Assembly (NCBI GenBank): GCA_050738495.1
Contig: JBOHZL010000004.1
Location: 21,202 to 85,201, forward strand
From: Steroidobacteraceae bacterium
Lineage (GTDB): Bacteria > Pseudomonadota > Gammaproteobacteria > Steroidobacterales > Steroidobacteraceae
Length of the DNA: 64,000 nucleotides
Reading direction: 5' to 3'
Shown here: piece by piece, positions 50,904 to 59,314 of the stretch
Layout: every line of letters begins with the position of its first letter
Numbering within the stretch: the stretch's first letter is position 1
Translations under genes and position numbers: made by a program
The notes under the pieces: model-generated
The model's input: only the letters and a program-made list of their open reading frames with translations
Told to the model about the DNA's origin: nothing
Database searches by the model: none

Positions 50904-51806
50904 TTGAGGTTCCCCGCTCTTGCGATGAGTGCCCTAGGCGCACTCGCCGCCCTGCCGATTCATGCGGCGCAGACCATCGACGATGCGCCTCCGACTCCGA
51001 GGCCGGTTCTGCCGGTGCAGGATGCGTATCCGCACGTGTCTCGGCTGGGTCTGGTCGTTTTTCAGAGCAATCGTGTCGGCGGCTCGAAGCTGTTCGTCTC
51101 TCGACTCGATGGCAGCGAACTACGGCAGTTGACCAGCGGCCCTGGCTCCGACGCGACGCCGATCTGGTCGCCGGACGGATCGAGCATCGTATTCGCCGCC
51201 GATCGGGGCGGCAATGAAGACCTGTGGTTGATCCGTGCCGATGGCTCCGAACTGCGCAAGCTGACGGACCATCCGGGAAGCGACAGCCATCCGAGCTGGT
51301 CGCCGGACGGCCGCCAGGTCGTTTTCTGCTCGACGCGCGGGGACGGCGAGAACGACGACATCTATGTCATCGATGTGGACGGATCCGGGCTCCGGCGGCT
51401 CACGGACAACGGGTTGCACTGGGACACATTCCCATCCTTTTCACCGGATGGGCGCTCGATCCTGTTCCGGCGGCTGCTCCGCGAACGCCGACCCGAAGGG
51501 ACATTGGCCAACTCGGAAGTCATGGTGATGAGCGCCGACGGTACTGGCGTCGTCAACCTGTCGCGGCATCCCTGGTTCGACGGCTGGCCGAGCTGGTCTC
51601 CGGATGGACGGCGGATTGCGTTCAGCTCCAACCGGTCGGACGCATACCAGATCTACGTCATGAACGCCGACGGATCCGGGATGATCCGGGTCGTCGACAG
51701 CCCCTACACCGACAATCGGCCGCAGTGGCTGCCGGACGGAAGCGGGCTCATTTTCAATCGCGAGCGCGAGGGTCGGATCGAAATACTGCAGGTCCGGACG
51801 CCCTGA
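50904..51806 (+). CDS. periplasmic PD40/TolB-like beta-propeller repeat protein
   Basis: Signal peptide, then repeated ...P.WSPDG..I.F...R.G..D.... blades (at least five WSPDG/FSPDG units). TTG start at 50904, or ATG at 50925. Confidence 0.8.
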   Translation: MRFPALAMSALGALAALPIHAAQTIDDAPPTPRPVLPVQDAYPHVSRLGLVVFQSNRVGGSKLFVSRLDGSELRQLTSGPGSDATPIWSPDGSSIVFAADRGGNEDLWLIRADGSELRKLTDHPGSDSHPSWSPDGRQVVFCSTRGDGENDDIYVIDVDGSGLRRLTDNGLHWDTFPSFSPDGRSILFRRLLRERRPEGTLANSEVMVMSADGTGVVNLSRHPWFDGWPSWSPDGRRIAFSSNRSDAYQIYVMNADGSGMIRVVDSPYTDNRPQWLPDGSGLIFNREREGRIEILQVRTP

Positions 51807-51840
51807 TTCAGTCAAGTCCGCGCCGGGCGTGGCGCTGCGC

Positions 51841-53646
51841 TCAGTCGTCGTCGACGACGTCGATGCGCATGCCGGACAGCGGCTCGGAACCGCTGCCCGC
51901 ATAGCCGCTGCCCAGATAGACGTTGAAGCTCTTGGTCGGCTCCTGTTCCGTGTCATTGGCGAGCGGCACGAACACGGTGCGTTGGCGCTCGCCCGGGGCG
52001 AACTCCTCGACCCGCCGGCCGAGATCGGCGTAATCCCGCTCGGCGATCGCCGAGCCTTCGTCGGTCCACCAGGCGATCGCAGCGCGGCCGCTCGCATTCC
52101 CGGTGCGGCGGATGACGATGCGCGCGGCGACCTCGCTTTCGCGGACCGTCGCGACCGGCTGCAGGAAGCTGAACCGCGCCGGTCCTGACGACGCCTCGGC
52201 GGGCGCCGGCTCCGTCGTTTCGACCCCGACCGGCGCGGCTTCGGCGCCGGCAGGCGGGGATTCGGGCGATGCTGCCGCGAGCGCTGGAACGGGCGCATTC
52301 GCAGCGGCCGCTGCAGGCGGCCCGGCACTCGTGGCCGCTTCATCGGCGGGCGCCGGCGCGGCACCGGGCGTCGCGTCGACGATCGGCGCATCCTCGACCG
52401 GCGCGGCCGCCACGACCGGTTCTTCGGCCGCCGGTTCCGCGGCGGGCGCCGCTGCGCGTTCATTGAGCCTGGCGTCGATGTCCGCCATCAGTCCGGTGGC
52501 CTGGTCGCGCACCTGATCCTGGTAGATGAAGGCGACCGCGCCGATCCCGACCAGCAGGATCAGCAACATCAGCATGCCGGCGATGCCGGAGCGGCGCGGC
52601 TCGCCGTAACCCATGGCGCGCTCCGCGGTCAGCGTCGCGGCACTCATGCGCGGCGGCGGAGGTGCCGGCGCCGGCGCGATCGGTGCCGGTGCCGGGGTGC
52701 GGCTCGGCTCGGGCGCGCCCGAGACGACAGTGCGAAGCTTCTCGATGCCGGTGACGCCGAACTCGTCGAGAAACTGCGCCACGGTCGGCGTGCGGTGCTC
52801 GCGCTGCAATTCGAGCGCGCCGACCAGCGCGCGCCACTGTCTTGCCGGCAGGCGCGCGATCGGCGCGAGCTCCAGCTCGGCGCGATAAGCCTCTTCCGGC
52901 GAGTTGGCATTGAACGGATGCCGGCCGGAGAGCATCTCGTAGGCGAGGCAGGCGAGTCCGTACACGTCGTCGCGGCTGTCGGGCCGCGGCGGCGCCATGT
53001 AATCCACGTCGTCGATGTCACCCTGAGCGGCGGCCGGCCATTCCGGCGGCACGATGTCGAGCAGCTTGACCTCGTAGCCGAAAGTCACGAGGGCGTTCTC
53101 CGGCTTCAGGTTGCCGTGCACGATCCGCTTGGCGTGCAGGTATTGCAGCGCGTCGCCGACTGCGCGGATGACGGGAGCCGCCTCGTCGAGCGGAAGCTGC
53201 GCCACGTCGTTGAGCACGAAGCGCAGCGATGCGCTCTCCAGCAATTCCAGCACCAGGAAATAGCGACTGCCGTCGTGGCCGTGCTCGAGCAGGCGCACGA
53301 TGTTCGGATGCGAGATCGCGTGCAGCGTCGCCGCGCCACGCGTGAACTCTTCGGCGAAGCCGGGGCCCGCGACGAGGTCTTCGTCGAGGAGCTGGACCGC
53401 GACACGGCGCTCGATGCCCGAATTCCGGTTCAGCTCGTCCTGCGCTTCGTAGACGATGCCCAGCCGTCCGCGGCCGAGCCGCGCGCTCAGGCGATAACGC
53501 TCGTCGACCAGCCGATCGAACGGCGCCGACTCGTTTGTGGCGTCCTTTCTCTTGACGGGTTCCACTATGAATTTGTCCCGTGGCTCGCCCGGAATCCTGT
53601 GCACGCGCAGCGGCTGCGTCTGGATATGACTCTGATCGTTCAGCAT
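51841..53646 (-). CDS. transmembrane Hanks-type pseudokinase with C-terminal Calx-beta domain
   Basis: From MLNDQSH (GGGAG RBS). Kinase fold with VAVQ instead of VAIK, HGNLKPEN instead of H(R/G)DxKPxN, and DIV instead of DFG. One TM (GIAGMLMLLILLVGIGAVAFI), an Ala/Pro-rich linker and a Calx-beta pattern ...IAWWTDEGSAIAERDYADLGRRVEFAPGERQRTVFVPLANDTEQEPTKSFNVYL. Confidence 0.75.
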   Translation of the reverse strand: MLNDQSHIQTQPLRVHRIPGEPRDKFIVEPVKRKDATNESAPFDRLVDERYRLSARLGRGRLGIVYEAQDELNRNSGIERRVAVQLLDEDLVAGPGFAEEFTRGAATLHAISHPNIVRLLEHGHDGSRYFLVLELLESASLRFVLNDVAQLPLDEAAPVIRAVGDALQYLHAKRIVHGNLKPENALVTFGYEVKLLDIVPPEWPAAAQGDIDDVDYMAPPRPDSRDDVYGLACLAYEMLSGRHPFNANSPEEAYRAELELAPIARLPARQWRALVGALELQREHRTPTVAQFLDEFGVTGIEKLRTVVSGAPEPSRTPAPAPIAPAPAPPPPRMSAATLTAERAMGYGEPRRSGIAGMLMLLILLVGIGAVAFIYQDQVRDQATGLMADIDARLNERAAAPAAEPAAEEPVVAAAPVEDAPIVDATPGAAPAPADEAATSAGPPAAAAANAPVPALAAASPESPPAGAEAAPVGVETTEPAPAEASSGPARFSFLQPVATVRESEVAARIVIRRTGNASGRAAIAWWTDEGSAIAERDYADLGRRVEEFAPGERQRTVFVPLANDTEQEPTKSFNVYLGSGYAGSGSEPLSGMRIDVVDDD

Positions 53647-53758
53647 ACCGGCTCCCAATATGCCACCCGACGCAAGGGAAATCCTGTCGGACGATGCTGG
53701 CATCGGCGAGCGTCCGCGGTGTCCCGGCAACGTCGCTTTTTGGCGACGCGCCGACGCG

Positions 53759-55459
53759 CTAGCGCAGCTGCACCGTGATGCGGTCCACGTCCCCGATACG
53801 AGCCTGGCCGGCCACCCTTTCGATCGTGACGGCGAACTCTCGTTCACCGGATTCGGCCTGGCCCGGGACGATGGGTATGAAGATCGTGCTGGCGAGCTGG
53901 CCTTCGGTGAACGGCACCACGCCGCTCAGGGGGCCGGAGAAATGCCGGCCGGCCACGGCCGTCCTTTCATGGATCCGCCAGGCCAGCTGGGTAATGCCGG
54001 CCGCCGGTCCCGAGCGCCTGACTGGCAGCGCCGCCAGGTTGGCTGCGCTGCTGACCGCCATCCGGGAGGTCGAGAACGACAGGTACTGGCGCTCCGCGAG
54101 GGTCGCATCGGCCACCGGCGGCTGCGCAATCGCCGCGATCGACGCAGCCAGGCCCCGCATGGCATCCACCTGATTCCCCGCCAGGCCCGCCGGGGCCGAG
54201 GCGAATTGCGCCGGCTGGTCCACCGACTGGGTTACGGCCGGCGTCGCCGCCAGGGCGGGCGGCACGGGCGCCTCATAAAGGATGAATCCCGCCACCGACA
54301 GCACGGTCGCAAGCACTGGCAGCACGGCCAGTGCGAGCGGTACCCGGAGTGCGCGCACCCGCGCGCGGGCAGGAGCTGCAAGCGGCGCCATCGCCTTCGC
54401 CGCCGTCTCAGCGGCAAGCGGTGCCGGGGCCGCCCGCGGTTCCTGCAGCGCGTCGATCAGCTCGTGGACGCTGGCCGGCCGGTCCGCGCGCCGCGCGGCG
54501 AGGCCGCGTGCCAGGGCTGCCGTGCGTGCGCTGGCCAGGCTGCTGCCGACCGACGGTTTCGCACCGCGGGCGATGGCGGTGCGTGCATCGACCCGTCCGA
54601 AGGGATGCTTGCCGGTCAGGAGCTCGCAGGCGACGCAAGCCAGGCTGAAGACATCGTCGCGCGGTTCCGGCGTCATGCCCGCGAGCAGCTCGGGACTCGC
54701 GTAGGCCGGGGTCGCCAGGATCGGGCCACGCAGGCCGGTGCCGCTGTCGCCGCCGAAGTCGAGAAGCCGCAGCTCGCCCGACCGCAGCAGGAAGAAATTG
54801 CCGGGCTTGATGTCGCCGTGCACGACGCCGTGACCGTGTGCGGTCGCGAGCGCATCGGCGGCGGCGGACAGGATGGCGAGCGCGGTCCGTTCCGGAATCT
54901 GTGTTCCGAGCCGGCGATGCAGGTAGCGGGCGAGCGTCTCGCCCTCCAGCAGCTCCATCACTTCGAACCAGTGGCCGTCGTGGCAATCGAGATCGAAGAC
55001 GCGCACCACGTTCGCATGCGTGAACAGCCGCAGTCCGCGAAAGCCGCGCTTGAGTCTCTCGACGGCGGGTCCCGATCCGCGCAGCTCCGGTCGCAGCACC
55101 TTGATGGCGACGTGCGCGAGCTCGCTCGCCGTATCCTCGACGCGCAGGTCGCGGGCGCGATAGATGATCGCGCAGCCGCCGCGCCCGAGCACGGACTCGA
55201 TCCGGTAGCGATCGCGAAGTGTCGCGCCGACGTGGAATGGATCGACTTCCTGGCGTGCGGCGTCGGCCAGCAGCATCCGCTGGACGGTCAGCTCCGGCAG
55301 CCGCGGCGCTGACGCGTTGTCGATCGCCATCGTGTCCGGAAACGACTCGACCTCGATCTGCATCGTGTCCGGGTACAATTCGACGGTGGCGTCGTCGTCG
55401 CGCGACGTGGCGACGCCGCGCGCATATCTGAAAGTGCCGAAATTGGACTCGACCGCCAT
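53759..55459 (-). CDS. transmembrane Ser/Thr protein kinase with C-terminal Calx-beta-like domain
   Basis: LGRGGCAIIY G-loop, VAIKVL, HGDIKPGN, LLDFGG, PAYASPE. One TM (LALAVLPVLATVLSVAGFILY). The C-terminal ~100 aa have Calx-beta-like strand periodicity (...FTEGQLASTIFIPIV...EREFAVTI). Confidence 0.8.
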   Translation of the reverse strand: MAVESNFGTFRYARGVATSRDDDATVELYPDTMQIEVESFPDTMAIDNASAPRLPELTVQRMLLADAARQEVDPFHVGATLRDRYRIESVLGRGGCAIIYRARDLRVEDTASELAHVAIKVLRPELRGSGPAVERLKRGFRGLRLFTHANVVRVFDLDCHDGHWFEVMELLEGETLARYLHRRLGTQIPERTALAILSAAADALATAHGHGVVHGDIKPGNFFLLRSGELRLLDFGGDSGTGLRGPILATPAYASPELLAGMTPEPRDDVFSLACVACELLTGKHPFGRVDARTAIARGAKPSVGSSLASARTAALARGLAARRADRPASVHELIDALQEPRAAPAPLAAETAAKAMAPLAAPARARVRALRVPLALAVLPVLATVLSVAGFILYEAPVPPALAATPAVTQSVDQPAQFASAPAGLAGNQVDAMRGLAASIAAIAQPPVADATLAERQYLSFSTSRMAVSSAANLAALPVRRSGPAAGITQLAWRIHERTAVAGRHFSGPLSGVVPFTEGQLASTIFIPIVPGQAESGEREFAVTIERVAGQARIGDVDRITVQLR

Positions 55460-55559
55460 GCGTGAACCTCGATCCCGATCATGCGCGTTCGATCGACGGA
55501 GAGAAAGTCGGACATCGCCTCATGTGAGGCCTATATGTCAAATGAGACGATCGCGTCGG

Positions 55560-56180
55560 TCAGTCGAGATAGCGCTCGATCTTGCGGAACAGGTCGGCGC
55601 GGTCGACGAGGTCGGTGAGCCAGTCGAGCCGGTCGGTCTCGAGCTTGAGCGCCGGCGACAGGTCGTAGCGCCTGAACCAGTCTTCGTAGAGCCGGTTGAG
55701 CCGGCTCAGGTAGTTCACCGGGATGTCCCGCTCCATCGCGCGCCCGCGCAGATGGATGCGCTTCCTGAGCGTGCGCACCGGGCAGGAGAGCTGGATCATC
55801 AGGTCAGGCGGGCGCAGTGTCGCGCTGATCGAGCGGTATAGCTGCCAGTAGACCTTGAAGTCGCGCGCGTCGATGGTGCGCTGGCGATGCAGGTTCTTCG
55901 CGAAGATTTCGGCATCCTCGTAGATCGTGCGGTCCTGCACCACCGTGCCGGGCTCGTCCTGCAGCTCGAGCTGCAGCCGGAACTTGTGGGTGAGGAAGAA
56001 GAGCTGCGACCTGTAGGCCCAGGCCTTCATGTCGCGGTAGAAGTCGGCGAGGTAGGGATTCTGCTCGTTCGGCTCGAAGAACGGCTTGATGCCGTAGCGC
56101 CGGCACAGGAACTTCGTCAGCTCGGTCTTGCCGGCGCCGATGTTGCCGGCAATCGCGATGAAGCGCTTGCCGGCAGCCAC
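55560..56180 (-). CDS. deoxynucleoside kinase
   Basis: 206 aa. P-loop IAIAGNIGAGKT, ...FEPNEQNPYLADFY..., ...DRTIYED..FA... dNK family blocks. Lies 7 nt downstream of coxC. Confidence 0.85.
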   Translation of the reverse strand: MAAGKRFIAIAGNIGAGKTELTKFLCRRYGIKPFFEPNEQNPYLADFYRDMKAWAYRSQLFFLTHKFRLQLELQDEPGTVVQDRTIYEDAEIFAKNLHRQRTIDARDFKVYWQLYRSISATLRPPDLMIQLSCPVRTLRKRIHLRGRAMERDIPVNYLSRLNRLYEDWFRRYDLSPALKLETDRLDWLTDLVDRADLFRKIERYLD

Positions 56181-56187
56181 GCCGGCT

Positions 56188-57072
56188 CTAGAGCCAGTAG
56201 ACGAAGATGAACAGTCCCAGCCAGACCACGTCGACGAAGTGCCAGTACCAGGCGACCGCCTCGAAGGCGAAGTGGCGCTGCGGCGTGAAGTGGCCCTTCA
56301 TCGTGCGCAGCCAGATCACCAGCAGCATGATCGCGCCGACCAGCACGTGCAGGCCGTGGAAGCCTGTCAGCATGAAGAAAGTGGAGCCGTAGATACCGGT
56401 GCCGAGCTGCAGCCCGAGTTCGTGGTACGCGTGGCCGTATTCCCAGATCTGCACCCCGAGGAAGGTGAAGCCGAGCAGCCAGGTCACCGCCAGGAACACT
56501 TTCAGGATGCCGCGATGGGCGCTCTTCAATGCGTGGTGCGCGATCGTCAGCGTGAGGCCGGAAGTCAGAAGGAGCGCCGTATTGAGCGCGGGCACGCCGA
56601 AGGCGGGAATGATCTCGTAGCTCCCGTCGTCGCGCGGACTCAATACGGCCGGACCATTGCTCGGCCAGCCCGCCTCGAATTCGGGCCAGAGCAGGCCGGT
56701 GACCGCCTTGCTGCCCTCGCCGCCGAGCCAGGGGATCGACAGCTGACGCGCGTAGAAAAGCGCGCCGAAGAACGCGGCGAAGAACATCACCTCGGAAAAG
56801 ATGAACCACATCATTCCCATGCGGAACGAGCGGTCGACCTGCTCGTTGTAGAGCCCGGCCTGGCTTTCGCCGATCACCTGGCCGAACCAGAGGAAGAAGA
56901 GCGTGAACAGCAGCGCGAATCCGATCCCGAGCACCCAGCCGCCGCTTGCGGCGCCATTCAGCGTCGCGGCCGCGCCGGCCATCAGCACGAAGAGCGAAAC
57001 CGAGCCGAAGAATGGCAGCCGGCTGCCGTGCGGGAAGTAGTACTGTTCCGTCGACTGCTCGAGCTGCGCCAT
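56188..57072 (-). CDS. coxC: cytochrome c oxidase subunit III
   Basis: 294 aa, 7 TM, ...GFHGLHVLVG... and ...VAWYWHFVDVVWL.LF... motifs. Confidence 0.92.
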   Translation of the reverse strand: MAQLEQSTEQYYFPHGSRLPFFGSVSLFVLMAGAAATLNGAASGGWVLGIGFALLFTLFFLWFGQVIGESQAGLYNEQVDRSFRMGMMWFIFSEVMFFAAFFGALFYARQLSIPWLGGEGSKAVTGLLWPEFEAGWPSNGPAVLSPRDDGSYEIIPAFGVPALNTALLLTSGLTLTIAHHALKSAHRGILKVFLAVTWLLGFTFLGVQIWEYGHAYHELGLQLGTGIYGSTFFMLTGFHGLHVLVGAIMLLVIWLRTMKGHFTPQRHFAFEAVAWYWHFVDVVWLGLFIFVYWL

Positions 57073-57084
57073 CGATGTCCTCCG

Positions 57085-57630
57085 TCAAGTCCTGCCGCCG
57101 GCGACGCGCTCGACATCATAGAAGGCGTAGGACAGCGTCAGGCGGTCGATCTCGGCCGGCAGCTCACGGTCGACCACGAAGCGCACCGCCAGTTCGCGCT
57201 CTTCGCCGCTCTCGAAATGCTGTGGCGTGAAGCAGAAGCACTCGGTCTTCAGGAAATAGCGGGTCGCGCGCATCGGCGCGACGCTCGGCACGGCCTGGCC
57301 GGTGATCTTCCGCCCGGAGAGGTTGCGGGCGCGGTAGTGCGCTTCGTACAGCCGCCCGGGGTGCACGTCCATGGTCGCGGCCACCGGGGCAAACTCCCAG
57401 TCGCCGCCCGGCACCGACGAGGTGAACTCGACCGTGACCGTGCGTGCGATCCCGGGCTGCGTCGTGTCGACGCTAGCGGCGCGGCTCAGGCGGTCGCGTG
57501 ATCCGACGCCGGTCACTTCGCAGAACACGTCGTAGAGCGGCACCAGCGCGAAGCCGAATGCGAAGCTGCCGGCCGCCATCAGCAGGAGCCGGGCGGTGAG
57601 CCCGTGATTGGAACCGCGCGGCGGGTTCAA
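57085..57630 (-). CDS. ctaG: cytochrome c oxidase assembly protein Cox11/CtaG
   Basis: ...FGFALVPLYDVFCEVTG... and ...FLKTECFCFTPQ... copper-site motifs. Proposed TTG start at 57630 overlaps the stop of the small upstream ORF (TTGA). The start is uncertain. Confidence 0.8.
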   Translation of the reverse strand: MNPPRGSNHGLTARLLLMAAGSFAFGFALVPLYDVFCEVTGVGSRDRLSRAASVDTTQPGIARTVTVEFTSSVPGGDWEFAPVAATMDVHPGRLYEAHYRARNLSGRKITGQAVPSVAPMRATRYFLKTECFCFTPQHFESGEERELAVRFVVDRELPAEIDRLTLSYAFYDVERVAGGRT

Positions 57631-57734
57631 GCGCCGCGCTCCAGGACCCGCAGCAGCAGGTACAGCAGGTAGACGGAGATTGCGAGCGCGCCGAGCGCGA
57701 TCGCCATGCGCAGGTTGCCGGAACGCTGGCTCAC
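57627..57734 (-). CDS. cytochrome oxidase small assembly protein (35 aa, single TM)
   Basis: VSQRSGNLRMAIALGALAISVYLLYLLLRVLERGA. GTG preceded by GGAGG and overlapping the coxA stop (GTGA). Sits in the coxA-cox11 gap, where RefSeq annotates such mini-proteins. Hidden inside a spurious 221-aa track ORF. Confidence 0.55.
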   Translation of the reverse strand: MSQRSGNLRMAIALGALAISVYLLYLLLRVLERGA

Positions 57735-59314
57735 CGGACCTCCGGCGGCTTTTCGAAGGTGTGATACGGCGCCGGCGACGGCACCGTCCACTCGAGGCCG
57801 TGCGGCCAGTCCCAGACCCCGGCTGTGGCACGCTCGCCGCCCCGCACGCACTTGACGATCACCCAGACGAACAGGAGCTGCGAGAGTCCGAAGCCGAAGC
57901 CGCCGACCGAGGAGACCATGTTCCAGTCGGCGAACTGGGTCGCGTAGTCCGGAATGCGGCGCGGCATGCCGGCCAGCCCGAGGAAATGCTGCGGGAAGAA
58001 CAGCACGTTGATGAAGACAGCCGACAGCCAGAAGTGCCACTTGGCGAGCACCATGTCGTACATGTGGCCGGTCCACTTCGGCAGCCAATAGTAGACGGCT
58101 GCCATCAGCGCGAACACCGAGCCCGGCACCAGCACGTAGTGGAAGTGCGCCACCACGAAATAGGTGTCGTGGTACTGGTAGTCGGCCGGCACCATCGCGA
58201 GCATCAGCCCGGAGAAGCCGCCGATCGTGAACAGGAACAGGAACGCGAGCGCGAACAGCATCGGCGGCTCGAAAGAGAGCGAGCCGCGCCACATCGTGGC
58301 GGTCCAGTTGAAGATCTTCACGCCGGTCGGCACCGCGATCAGCATCGTGGACAGCATGAAGAAGAGCTGCCCAGCGAGCGGCATGCCGACCGTGAACATG
58401 TGGTGCGACCAGACGATGAACGACAGGAAAGCAATCGAGGCGATCGCGTAGACCATCGCCTCGTAGCCGAAGATCGGCTTGCGCGAGAAGGTCGCGATGA
58501 CCTCCGACACGATGCCGAACGCCGGCAGGATCATGATGTAGACCTCGGGATGCCCGAAGAACCAGAACACGTGCTGGTACAGCACCGGGTCGCCGCCGCC
58601 GGCCGCGTTGAAGAAGCTGGTATGGAAGTAGTAGTCGGTCAGCAGCATCGTGACGCCGCCGGCGAACACCGGCATCACCGCGATCAGGAGATACGCCGTG
58701 ATCAGCCAGGACCAGGAGAAGAGCGGCATCTTCAGGAGCGTCATGCCGGGTGCGCGCATGTTGACGATGGTCACGATGACGTTGATGGCGCCCATTATCG
58801 AGGAGGCGCCCATCAGGTGGATCGCGAAGATCGCCATCGGGAATGCCTGCCCGGTCTGCAGCACCAGCGGCGGATAGAACGTCCAGCCGGCGGCCGGCGC
58901 GCCCCCGGGCATGAAGAACGTCGACAGCAGCAGCAGGAAGGCGAAGGCCAGCAGCCAGAAGCTGAACAGATTCATGCGCGGCAGCGCCATGTCGGCCGCG
59001 CCGATCTGCATCGGGATCATCCAGTTCGCGAGCCCGACGGTCGCCGGCATCACCGCGCCGAACACCATGACCAGCGCGTGCATGGTGGTCATCTGGTTGA
59101 AGCGGATCGGGTCGAGCAGCTGCAGTCCCGGCTCGAACAGCTCGGCGCGGACCATCATCGCGAAAGCGCCGCCCACCAGGAACATCGCGAGCGAAAACAC
59201 CAGGTACATCGTGCCGATGTCCTTGTGGTTCGTCGTCGTCAGCCAGCGCGCGATTCCCTTCGGCGGCCCGTGCGCATGATCGTCGTGACCCGCGGCCGAT
59301 TTACCGTGCGCCAT
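57731..59314 (-). CDS. coxA: cytochrome c oxidase subunit I
   Basis: 527 aa from MAHGKSAAGHDDHAHGPPKGIARWLTTTNHKDIGTMYL. Has the heme/CuB His ligands (…WFFGHPEVYI…, …HHMF…). Confidence 0.93.
   Translation of the reverse strand: MAHGKSAAGHDDHAHGPPKGIARWLTTTNHKDIGTMYLVFSLAMFLVGGAFAMMVRAELFEPGLQLLDPIRFNQMTTMHALVMVFGAVMPATVGLANWMIPMQIGAADMALPRMNLFSFWLLAFAFLLLLSTFFMPGGAPAAGWTFYPPLVLQTGQAFPMAIFAIHLMGASSIMGAINVIVTIVNMRAPGMTLLKMPLFSWSWLITAYLLIAVMPVFAGGVTMLLTDYYFHTSFFNAAGGGDPVLYQHVFWFFGHPEVYIMILPAFGIVSEVIATFSRKPIFGYEAMVYAIASIAFLSFIVWSHHMFTVGMPLAGQLFFMLSTMLIAVPTGVKIFNWTATMWRGSLSFEPPMLFALAFLFLFTIGGFSGLMLAMVPADYQYHDTYFVVAHFHYVLVPGSVFALMAAVYYWLPKWTGHMYDMVLAKWHFWLSAVFINVLFFPQHFLGLAGMPRRIPDYATQFADWNMVSSVGGFGFGLSQLLFVWVIVKCVRGGERATAGVWDWPHGLEWTVPSPAPYHTFEKPPEVR

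Noticed and set aside
51820-51835. GCGCC-gggcgt-GGCGC hairpin between the convergent PD40 and pseudokinase genes, as a bidirectional terminator
   Set aside because: Only a 5-bp stem with no flanking T/A runs. Too weak to call.
55526-55539. Palindrome GCCTCA-tg-TGAGGC between the dNK stop and the kinase start, as terminator or operator
   Set aside because: Short (6 bp), with no U-run and no second copy in the window. Could be chance in a 100-bp spacer.
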